Source: a virus (Duplodnaviria > Caudoviricetes). From it: 50,203 nucleotides of DNA. Every line of letters begins with the position of its first letter. Position 1 is the first letter of the stretch. This document shows positions 40,891-48,786 of this stretch, one piece after another. The stretch is taken from IMG/VR virus record IMGVR_UViG_3300046170_000009, positions 1 to 50,203 of that record. One strand, written 5' to 3'. A model generated the notes under the pieces. The model saw only the letters and a program-made list of their open reading frames with translations, made no database searches and was not told the origin of the DNA. A program made the translations under genes and the position numbers.

Positions 40891-40917
40891 TGTGAAAATC
40901 TCCTAAAAAGACAAATA

Positions 40918-41733
40918 TTATCTTGCTACCCTTCCTTCTGCAATGGCACGATCTATTTCCTGTTCGTAACGATCATACTCATCAATAGATAGGGCGGCAA
41001 TTTCCCGTTGTGTCCAAATTTTAGCTTCGCGTGGTTCAACGCCGGTAGTCTTTGTTGATACCATGTCAGCCGCATTAGACTTTGAAAGTTGTGACGGGCG
41101 AGAAGATTTCTTAATCTTAATATTATTTTCCATCTTATAAAGATCAATTGCACGACTTGCTAAAGATACATTATCTGGGTTTTTATAAATCCAACGCTGA
41201 ATTTCTTCAGGCTGAACTTTAGCCCATTCATGAAAGTTGTCATCACCCCTGATATCTTCAAAGTCAGGGTGTCTATCTCTGAGAGCTAGTTCAGCATCAC
41301 GCTTAGACATTTCTGCTTCACGCATTTCGATTACTGATAGCTTTTGTTGAAGAGCGTTCATCTGCTCTTCGCTTCTCATATGAGCAACTGTTTCGACAGT
41401 ATCATATAGATCTGGATACTCTGATTTAAAACGCTCAAGATCTTCAGCACTTTTTGGCGGTTGATACTGCGGTTGTGCAGATCGTGCCATAGCCTCTAGT
41501 TCTTGTTCGCGTTGCTTAAACTCAGAGATCTTAGTATCATAATGTTTTTTTAGATCGTCATACCTTTTCTTATAATTGGTACGAGGACGTTGTTCTTGTT
41601 GAGGGGTTCCACTTTGGGAAGTAGCCTCATCTTCCTCAAAAAATAATGAATCTGCACTCTTAGTAGCTTTATCGTCTTCTTCATGCCAAGACTTTCTAGC
41701 ATTGTACGGATTCGCTTGCTCTTCTTCGCTCAT
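40918..41733 (-). CDS. capsid scaffolding protein
   Basis: AAGGAG RBS before ATG 41733; YKKRYDDL coiled coil, HPDF, C-terminal IDRAIAEGRV. Confidence 0.82.
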   Translation of the reverse strand: MSEEEQANPYNARKSWHEEDDKATKSADSLFFEEDEATSQSGTPQQEQRPRTNYKKRYDDLKKHYDTKISEFKQREQELEAMARSAQPQYQPPKSAEDLERFKSEYPDLYDTVETVAHMRSEEQMNALQQKLSVIEMREAEMSKRDAELALRDRHPDFEDIRGDDNFHEWAKVQPEEIQRWIYKNPDNVSLASRAIDLYKMENNIKIKKSSRPSQLSKSNAADMVSTKTTGVEPREAKIWTQREIAALSIDEYDRYEQEIDRAIAEGRVAR

Positions 41734-41748
41734 GTCACTTCTCCTTTC

Positions 41749-41868
41749 TGGGGCTTGTTGTCTCTTCAAGGTGGCTGTGTTATTGCGCTCTAACACAGGG
41801 TCTTGATACTACAAGGTGGCCTCAAGGTTATATAATGATAAGGGGCTAGTGTTCTAGGTAGCCTTATC
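41749..41868 (-). promoter_or_regulatory. structured 5' leader of the scaffold gene (candidate cis-regulatory RNA)
   Basis: Three GC(U/C)AC-CU(A/U)G..C(U/A)AG-(C/A)CC hairpin units plus an 8-bp hairpin directly upstream of the RBS. Confidence 0.6.
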
Positions 41869-42514
41869 GTTTCATTAGGCTAGGCATTCGGCTTGAATAG
41901 AGCATTTGATTCTCTACTTCTTCCTGTTGATTCTCGTTATCTTGATTGCTATAAAGATCATCGACAGGCATTCCACCTTCTGCTTTAGCCATAAGACCGC
42001 CATCATAAGCACGTTCAGCATCGTCCATCATTGTTTGGAGATTGTCTGCACCTATTTGGTCAGTCGCTTTTTCGGTGATAACAAACTCACCGTCCGATAG
42101 CCTTGCGGGTATCGAATCTGAAATTCCAGTGCCGGGGCCATCAACTTCCCCAGCGCCAGAAAATTCTGTTGAATTAAGAATAATTTTATCTAAGATCCCT
42201 TCTAGTTTTGGATCGTCATCTAGAACCTTAAATAAATATTCTTGCTCTTCGGGTTCTAATACTTCTTCTGCTACATAGTCTACAAACTCTTCTTCCATTT
42301 CATCATCTGGAAGCATATCTTCAGCCTGTTGCATTTCTTCTTCTGGGCTGATATTGTCGTATGTATCGACAGGAGGTTCCTCTTCAGCCATCATCATTTC
42401 TGGAGGAACCATCATAGATTCGCCACCTTCAGCAAAAGCACCACGACCCATCAATACATCTGCTTGTGTTACTTCACCGTCTTTGTTTAAGTCTGGAAAT
42501 GCTTCAGCCATCAT
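41864..42514 (-). CDS. acidic head-module protein with GPGTGxSDSIPARLSDGEFV domain and EF-hand-like loop
   Basis: DLNKDGEVTQADV, FAEGG, GPGTGISDSIPARLSDGEFVI motifs. Confidence 0.75.
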   Translation of the reverse strand: MMAEAFPDLNKDGEVTQADVLMGRGAFAEGGESMMVPPEMMMAEEEPPVDTYDNISPEEEMQQAEDMLPDDEMEEEFVDYVAEEVLEPEEQEYLFKVLDDDPKLEGILDKIILNSTEFSGAGEVDGPGTGISDSIPARLSDGEFVITEKATDQIGADNLQTMMDDAERAYDGGLMAKAEGGMPVDDLYSNQDNENQQEEVENQMLYSSRMPSLMKR

Positions 42515-42737
42515 TTTGTTCCTTTTGTCTTTGATTCACTTGATCCTTTAAAGTAAGGAGGTTAGCCAGAGAACTCGCTTTCCCCTGCTTGCGGAACATC
42601 TCCTGTTCCAATGTTGCCGTCGCCAGTGCCTGTAACTCCAGCATCCGTTGGCTCTGGAGGTACTCCTTCAGGGGTTCCCACATTTCCGGGTTGTTGACTA
42701 AGGGGATCAGCTTGTTCGCCAGTTGCTTGTCCAACAT
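42504..42737 (-). CDS. small helical head-module protein overlapping the portal 3' end
   Basis: LIPLVNN..W..L..FRKQGK..L pattern of small post-portal genes. Confidence 0.65.
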   Translation of the reverse strand: MLDKQLANKLIPLVNNPEMWEPLKEYLQSQRMLELQALATATLEQEMFRKQGKASSLANLLTLKDQVNQRQKEQNDG

Positions 42738-44731
42738 TATTTTGCATTCCTATAATTTGTGCGGCTATTGCCGCTTCTTCGGGATCATTTAGTATTTCAT
42801 CAGGATCAAGATCTAAACTATATGCTAGTTCGCTAATAAGCTTTGACATTTTAACAAACGGAGCAATAGCAGGATTTTGAGCAGTCTGAAGAAACATTGT
42901 CAATCGTTGACTTCTTACTTCCTTTTGCATAAGGCTGTTAGTACCCATAGCCTTAATTTCTAAATCACCTTTAGTTTTTAATTCACCTTCAAAGAATTGC
43001 ATATTCCATTGGAAGTATGCTTTACCCAAGGGCTTTAGCAAAAAATCGTCTAGGTTTTTTACAACTGTTTTAATATTTAGTGATGCGGCTCCAAGCAACA
43101 TTGACATACCAGATGCTGTACGAGTCATGCTTTGTACGCCTGTCTGACCATGTGAATAACTAGGAATGCCTGTTTGTTCGTCTGCAAGCTGTCGGAACTT
43201 ATCGAACATCATTAAATTTTCTTGAGATGTGTTCGGAAACTTTAGACCATGAATTGCTTGGCCTTGCATTCCTGACTGACGCCTGAAGACTTTGCCCGGA
43301 TAAATTTCCATGCTTTGTCCACCAACAAGCATAGTCTCATCTACGTCAAAAATTACTGAGCCACTTAACGCCAGATTATCAATAGCCATTCTTGCATGAC
43401 CATTCATAATCTGTTGACTATCATTCATGTTTTCAGCAACGCCTACACCAAAGAAACTGTATGGGTTTCTCTCGTATGGGAATGCGTTGTAGGGAATACG
43501 ATGTGGCGTAAAGGGATTAACAACAGCCCTGAGTACAAGGCCATTACAAATCCAAGCATTAATCTGTATTTCATCAAGAATGTCTACCTCTTCTGGAAGT
43601 TCAATACCAACATCTTTAGCATACTCTGCATCCATTAAGCCCCAGTACTCAAGCACTTCAAAACGACTAGCACCCATATCTGCCATGCGTTGATCGTCTT
43701 TTAATTCGTACTCGTAGTCTTCTTCTGTGTAGTTGGGGCCAAGCATCATACAATCACGAATAGCATCTTCGTTAAAGTATGGCATTTTTCGTAAGGCTCT
43801 CAGTTGAGATTTGTTTAGCTTGTGTCGGTGTACTATATACTCACACTCTTCAATAGATGTTGCATTAGGATCAGGAAAGAAATCCCAGACACTTACAAAT
43901 TCAATGCGCGGTACACGAATAGAAACAGGTGTATACTCACGACCTTCCTTCATTATCTTCCCACGTATGTAAAGTCTTATTAAAATTAAACGGCCCTTTT
44001 ACAATACCTGTACCAAAAAGAGCAGATTCAAAAATGGCGTTACGCATTTCAGTAGAACCACTAGACTCATCAATTTGATCGTGAATGAGTTTTTCCATAT
44101 TCCTTGCGGCTTCTTTAGCCGGTGAAATTTCAGGAATATTTGGAATGGGGCTTGGGCCTTCAACAAATGTAACTTGATCACTTTTTTCAAAGTCTTCAAA
44201 TATACCTTCACCACTAGTCAACCTAGCTCCGGGTTTTAGTACACGACCATCTCCAGCATAACCAACACCACCTTCTGGACGTTCTTCTTGCATAGGCGGT
44301 TGGGGGGTTGCGTTTGCTTCGATACCGGGAGCGGCTTGATCATCAAGGTGCATATACTCACTAACGCCTTCGGGCAGTGGAGTATGCGCTACACCAATTG
44401 GAAACTTACCTGTACCAAAGATTACGTCTATTAGCTGTCCATAGGCGGCTAGTACTTTAGTCTTTGTAACTTTAATAAATACACGAGACTTTTCAGATTC
44501 TCTAAACTTTACGTTTTTAGGATATAGTCCACGAAAATTATGATACGCAGTCATCCAACGATTTTCGTCAGAATCTTTTGCCATTTTAGAATCTGTAAAT
44601 CTTGCTTCAACAAGACCAGCAAGGTTTGATTTAATCTGAGCATCTGCATTAATAGATAAACCATCTTCACCCTCTACTGGTTCAAAGTAAAGATTATTAG
44701 CACTATCAATTATTGTATTGTTTTCTGCCAT
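42562..44731 (-). CDS. portal protein, split by a probable 1-nt frameshift near 43949
   Basis: ORFs 43937-44731 and 42562-43953 join if one base is removed; TKTKVLAAYGQ, FGTGIVKGP, VSVWDFFPDP, TRTASGMSML; follows TerL. Confidence 0.85.
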
Positions 44732-44733
44732 GT

Positions 44734-44844
44734 TTATCCTATTGGTGTTAGGCTAACGAGAGAATAGATAAGTGTAAAACCTACAACAATACCTAGACTA
44801 TAAATTCCATAAGTGTTTAGTGGTCGCCAAACTTTGTGCTTCAT
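44734..44844 (-). CDS. small single-TM protein (36 aa, not in ORF track)
   Basis: TAATG coupling to the TerL stop; hydrophobic IYSLGIVVGFTLIYSLVSL. Confidence 0.55.
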   Translation of the reverse strand: MKHKVWRPLNTYGIYSLGIVVGFTLIYSLVSLTPIG

Positions 44845-46526
44845 TAATATCCAAACGTCCCATCTGCTGGTTGATAAATAGTCTCACGGTGTAATCGACG
44901 CATACGACTAAACGTATCGTCTATGCGTGGCCTAGACATAATTAAATACCTCAACGCATCATACGCATGGTCTGGTGCGTGGGTATTAACATCTTCAGGA
45001 TTGTTTTTATCCAGAGGAATACTTTGTAGTTCGCGTATCAGGTTAGGACAAGTATTAAATATTTGTAATTTGGGCCTTCCGCTTTGCTGAACTTTTAAGT
45101 ATTCGTGGATTTGAATCTTTCCTGCAACTCTGTTTTTATCTGCTCGTCGTAGCTTATGTCCAGCTTTGACAAGCGTTTCTCCAACTGTTGGGCCTGTCTG
45201 CCCTGTGCGATTCCAACACGCTGTATCTAATACGCCCGGAACGCTCATTGGATCATTTAGTTCCATTTCTGCTATCAAGTGAGCTAAGTCTGTAGCTAAT
45301 AGTCCTTTACGATAAAGTTCTCTATATATTATTAACGTATTATCGTCCCGATCTATTGCACCCCAAACACAAGCTGATTCTGAAGCGTATCCATAGTCAA
45401 TGCCTTTTATACGATCCCAGTTTATAGGAATTTCAAAAGGATCAATAATATGAACATCTCTGTCGAACTCTGTGAAGGCCGCACCTTCTGCAACCTCCCA
45501 ATCACCTTCTAGTAGTTGTCGTCGTTGCGTAGGTGGCAACGCCTTCAACATTTGTTCGTAGCGTCCGTCATGAGCAAGGTATGGATTATCTTCTAGCCTT
45601 GCTGGTATAAACTTACGGCTTAGGCCGTCTTCACCCTTAAATGATTCGTTAGGCGGTGAAGGAGTAATATATCTTTTCTTTACCCAATGCGCTCCAACAC
45701 CACCGGGGTTAGCGGTACACCGCATATAAGGTATAATCTCTGGATCTGTTGTACGCAGTCGTGAAGCCAAGTAGTTCCAAGAAAACTCTGTAGCTTGGTG
45801 CGTAATCTCATCAAATCCAATCCAACTATACGCTTGTCCTTGGTAGCGATAAACATCTGCATCTCTCTCCAAGAATCCAAATTCTATTTTAGCTCCAGAC
45901 GGAAAGTTCCAGAGCTTCTCTACTTCTTTGTACTTACAACCGGGAAAGGCTTTCGGGTAGAGTTCACGAGATTTATCTATGAGTTCACGTAACTCTGGCA
46001 TAGAACGCCGCAGGATTAATGCCCTATGCGCGGCCCGATGAGCATAACGAAGAGGGTCAACCAGCATCGCGTAGCTCTTGCCTCCACCAGCCGCACCACC
46101 ATACAAAACATCAGTCTCAGAAGCGGCGAGAAAGTCAGTTTGTGGCCCAGTGTTAGGCTTAAAGATGACATTCTCTTCTGCGACAGTCCTTAACGCCTTG
46201 GGCAAATCATCCGTGGATGTTGTTGTAATTTTGCCTTCAGACTTTGCCTCAGTTCCTTCTAATTTATTTAAAGTACTCTTAGAAGTGTCAAGCGACCTTT
46301 TATAGTTTTCTAGCTTGGTGCGTACCTGCGCTAATCGTTTTTCTTTCTTTCGTACAGTTTTCCTTGCGTCGATCTTGGCCTTGGTTTCGGAGTGGTAGTT
46401 GTAGCCTCGACCTGACGAACCTTTGGGTCTGCCAGTTTTCTTACGAGGTGTTCCATCCTTTTTAAGTATAAAATCCCCGTTGTCGTCTCGCATATACGCA
46501 TCAGGGTTTTCCTCCCAATCACTCAT
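44844..46526 (-). CDS. terL: terminase large subunit with N-terminal basic extension
   Basis: Walker A YGGAAGGGKS, Walker B IGFDE, TANPGG, nuclease GIDYG and DHAYDALRY. Confidence 0.93.
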   Translation of the reverse strand: MSDWEENPDAYMRDDNGDFILKKDGTPRKKTGRPKGSSGRGYNYHSETKAKIDARKTVRKKEKRLAQVRTKLENYKRSLDTSKSTLNKLEGTEAKSEGKITTTSTDDLPKALRTVAEENVIFKPNTGPQTDFLAASETDVLYGGAAGGGKSYAMLVDPLRYAHRAAHRALILRRSMPELRELIDKSRELYPKAFPGCKYKEVEKLWNFPSGAKIEFGFLERDADVYRYQGQAYSWIGFDEITHQATEFSWNYLASRLRTTDPEIIPYMRCTANPGGVGAHWVKKRYITPSPPNESFKGEDGLSRKFIPARLEDNPYLAHDGRYEQMLKALPPTQRRQLLEGDWEVAEGAAFTEFDRDVHIIDPFEIPINWDRIKGIDYGYASESACVWGAIDRDDNTLIIYRELYRKGLLATDLAHLIAEMELNDPMSVPGVLDTACWNRTGQTGPTVGETLVKAGHKLRRADKNRVAGKIQIHEYLKVQQSGRPKLQIFNTCPNLIRELQSIPLDKNNPEDVNTHAPDHAYDALRYLIMSRPRIDDTFSRMRRLHRETIYQPADGTFGY

Positions 46527-46743
46527 AGCGATCTACAATCTTTTTTAAACCAGTATGAGATATAGTTCTATCTGTATCATACTCTAACCAAGTAGCCGCT
46601 TCACGTAAAGATAAAACTTTATTTTTAACGAGAGGAACGATTTTATTGAGAGCTTTTAGTTCTACTTCTATTTCCTCTAAGTGTTCACCATCTTCCATTA
46701 GTTTATAACCAAATGGGATGGTACTGCTACTACGCCTCTTCAT
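46519..46743 (-). CDS. small DNA-binding protein resembling the recombinase (DNA-binding) domain of large serine recombinases
   Basis: IPFGYKL..E...LSLREAATWL..ISHTGLKKI; no catalytic domain. Confidence 0.55.
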   Translation of the reverse strand: MKRRSSSTIPFGYKLMEDGEHLEEIEVELKALNKIVPLVKNKVLSLREAATWLEYDTDRTISHTGLKKIVDRYE

Positions 46744-47122
46744 ATTGACCCTCTATAACTACCTCCTGTTTGGCTGGTAGTATAAAGAGTCCGTTTGTAT
46801 TTTGCAAGTTTACGTCTAGTTTATCTGTTTTAGATATGCCTACACGGTCTAGGACTGTCTGTGCGGCCTGTAAACGGACGTTAGCTTGGGGTATGGGGTT
46901 AGTACTGTCCATAACCTCAACAAGCTTTAGAGAGGCTTTGGGGGCATTCTGAGCTAATATATTCTCAGCTAGTTCTATTATCTCTGTTTTAAGGGCTTTA
47001 ACTACGGATGTATAAGAGCCTTCAGCATACCCCGCTAATTCTGCGGCACGTTTAGTATCACCATTGCAAGATACAAGGTTATCTAAAAACGATTGTTGCA
47101 TTATAGTTAATTCTTTATTCAT
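46730..47122 (-). CDS. terS: terminase small subunit
   Basis: LT..QQSFL..AAELAGY HTH, RLQAAQTVLDRVG, GLFILPAK; first gene of the late arm. Confidence 0.75.
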   Translation of the reverse strand: MNKELTIMQQSFLDNLVSCNGDTKRAAELAGYAEGSYTSVVKALKTEIIELAENILAQNAPKASLKLVEVMDSTNPIPQANVRLQAAQTVLDRVGISKTDKLDVNLQNTNGLFILPAKQEVVIEGQYEEA

Positions 47123-47130
47123 AACTATAC

Positions 47131-47159
47131 ATTATATAGGTGATATGGGGTTTTGTCAA
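47131..47159 (-). promoter_or_regulatory. perfect sigma70 promoter driving the structural arm
   Basis: TTGACA (47159-47154), 17 nt, TATAAT (47136-47131). Confidence 0.88.
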
Positions 47160-47200
47160 GTAGTGTTTATAGTGTTTTATGGTATTATTTGGCATAAGTC

Positions 47201-47229
47201 TTGACAAAATAAGAATCCAAGTATATAAT
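47201..47229 (+). promoter_or_regulatory. perfect sigma70 promoter, divergent
   Basis: TTGACA (47201-47206), 17 nt, TATAAT (47224-47229). Confidence 0.88.
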
Positions 47230-47851
47230 AGATTATGTAGCCCACCGGGTACATATACATTTGCATAGCCGCCCCTTCCTTTAAAGTCTTTAAAGTGGGG
47301 CAACAAACTGGTTGACATTCAGAATCTTTGAAAATGTAGAAGTATGAGTGTGTATGGGGAGGGGAGGGGGTGGCCTCCTGCCTAGTGGGGTGAGACATTC
47401 ACGGCATGAATGATCTACAAAGCCTTATCAGTCTCGTGAATGCCAACAAAAAGATATTTAGAAATAGCAAAAAGTTATAAAGATTTTGAAGTCTCCCGCG
47501 CCTATTCATAAACTAAATAAACTTTAAAGATTCATTAGTCTTGTGAATAGTGGTGTACAGTCTCCAGAGATCTTCAAAGACCTATCAAAATATTTAGATA
47601 TATCTAAAAACTCTATAGATTCAGAAGCTTATAAAATTAAAGCATACCCCATCATAGTCTCTTTTGACTCATTAACTGATCAATTTTTAACCAGTTAAAC
47701 CCTATCAGGGCGCACCAATCACGCCACAATGGGCGATCTATTTTTAAAGGCCTTACCCTTACTTTTAAAAGCTTTTAACTGTGGCGCTCTCTAGAGATCC
47801 TCAGCGATTCCACTGGTTATTTTTTAACCACTAAAAACCCGCTTTTTAGAC

Positions 47852-47868
47852 TTGGCACACTTATTGCT
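47852..47868 (+). promoter_or_regulatory. sigma54 (-24/-12) consensus site
   Basis: TTGGCACACTTATTGCT; GG-N10-GC spacing exact. Confidence 0.65.
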
Positions 47869-47870
47869 AA

Positions 47871-47887
47871 TGCAAATATCATGCCAA
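47871..47887 (-). promoter_or_regulatory. sigma54 (-24/-12) consensus site, inverted partner
   Basis: Reverse complement TTGGCATGATATTTGCA; GG-N10-GC spacing exact. Confidence 0.6.
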
Positions 47888-47998
47888 AAACCCTCAAAAT
47901 TATTTTCTTTTTATGGTAATATTTTAATGTACTTTTATCTTTAAAGGGCTCAATATCACTCATGTGGTATCCCATTAATTGATAAAAGGTATTTTGAC

Positions 47999-48469
47999 AT
48001 GACAACTTCATTATCTGATTTTAATCGCGAATCCGGTTTCGCACTTATAGACGCTATAAGACAAGTCAATCGCGACACGCGGAAAGTCTCTGCGGCTGAA
48101 CAGGATTTTTTGAGAAAGGGTTTAGTAGCATGGACGCAAGAAAAGACGCGGCAGGATGCCGAGGCGATTTTAGTTGAGTACTGGCAAGCAAGCATTGCTG
48201 ATGATGATGATGGGCCCGCGCGTACTGAACCGCAAATAAGGGCGGCATTTCATACGGCATCGGAAACAATCCATGAAGTCACGGGAGGCGCTGGTGTTAT
48301 TGTTGACGATAACAAACTAGTCCTAGCAAAAACCCGCAAGACAAAGCATACCCCGTTTCAGAAGGCATCAAAGCTTGTTTTGAAGGATTTAAAGAAGCTA
48401 TCACCCGAACAGGATAAAATGCTCGCCGAGATCCTGCTACGCGCCTACGCTGAAATCAAAAAGGGCTAA
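47999..48469 (+). CDS. first early gene, hypothetical
   Basis: 156 aa ORF after the long non-coding region; AAGG upstream. Confidence 0.7.
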   Translation: MTTSLSDFNRESGFALIDAIRQVNRDTRKVSAAEQDFLRKGLVAWTQEKTRQDAEAILVEYWQASIADDDDGPARTEPQIRAAFHTASETIHEVTGGAGVIVDDNKLVLAKTRKTKHTPFQKASKLVLKDLKKLSPEQDKMLAEILLRAYAEIKKG

Positions 48470-48475
48470 TATGGT

Positions 48476-48513
48476 TTTACTGGTAGGCATCCCGCTGGGT
48501 GTCTACTGGTAAA
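48476..48513 (+). other. long intergenic RNA hairpin (RNase III-like processing site candidate)
   Basis: 17-bp stem with four G-U pairs, 4-nt loop, no U tail. Confidence 0.55.
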
Positions 48514-48530
48514 GTTATAGAATCTATAAG
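48514..48530. promoter_or_regulatory. 17-bp palindromic motif copy
   Basis: GTTATAGAATCTATAAG overlapping the AAGGA RBS of the gene at 48540. Confidence 0.8.
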
Positions 48531-48539
48531 GATTTTATC

Positions 48540-48740
48540 ATGAAATATATTGATGCTAGTTTGCCGCGCAAGCTTACACTATCGCCAGTAGATCAGCGCC
48601 ATGTTGATAGTAAATTATCAGTAAAGAGTTTTGACGCGCATAAACCCGTCATCATGTCGCCATCTAAACGCGCCGGTAGCAGAGTGCGGAAGGTAAAGAC
48701 CGAGCATATCAACATTGAATTGTTTTTGATGGAATGGTAG
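48540..48740 (+). CDS. hypothetical early protein
   Basis: AAGGA RBS; bracketed by palindromes. Confidence 0.6.
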   Translation: MKYIDASLPRKLTLSPVDQRHVDSKLSVKSFDAHKPVIMSPSKRAGSRVRKVKTEHINIELFLMEW

Positions 48741-48742
48741 GG

Positions 48743-48778
48743 CTTATAGATTCTATAAGAGCTTATAGATTCTATAAG
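48743..48778. promoter_or_regulatory. tandem pair of the 17-bp palindromic motif
   Basis: CTTATAGATTCTATAAG at 48743-48759 and 48762-48778. Confidence 0.85.
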
Positions 48779-48786
48779 AAATTTAC

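Noticed and set aside
41734-41796. Longer scaffold N-terminus from the ORF track start at 41796
   Set aside because: A strong AAGGAG precedes ATG 41733, and the upstream segment is better explained as a structured leader
1099-46305. Numerous antisense and alternate-frame ORFs in the supplied track
   Set aside because: They lie within well-supported genes, lack RBSs and look like shadow ORFs
46519-46743. Integrase indicating a temperate lifestyle
   Set aside because: Only 74 aa, with no catalytic serine or tyrosine recombinase domain
47115-47398. ORFs 47115-47318 and 47177-47398 on the - strand
   Set aside because: They run across the promoter pair and G-tract, lack an RBS and have atypical composition
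48743-48778. Tandem palindromes as a mini-CRISPR array
   Set aside because: Repeats are only 17 bp, separated by 2 nt or by whole genes; no uniform spacers and no cas operon
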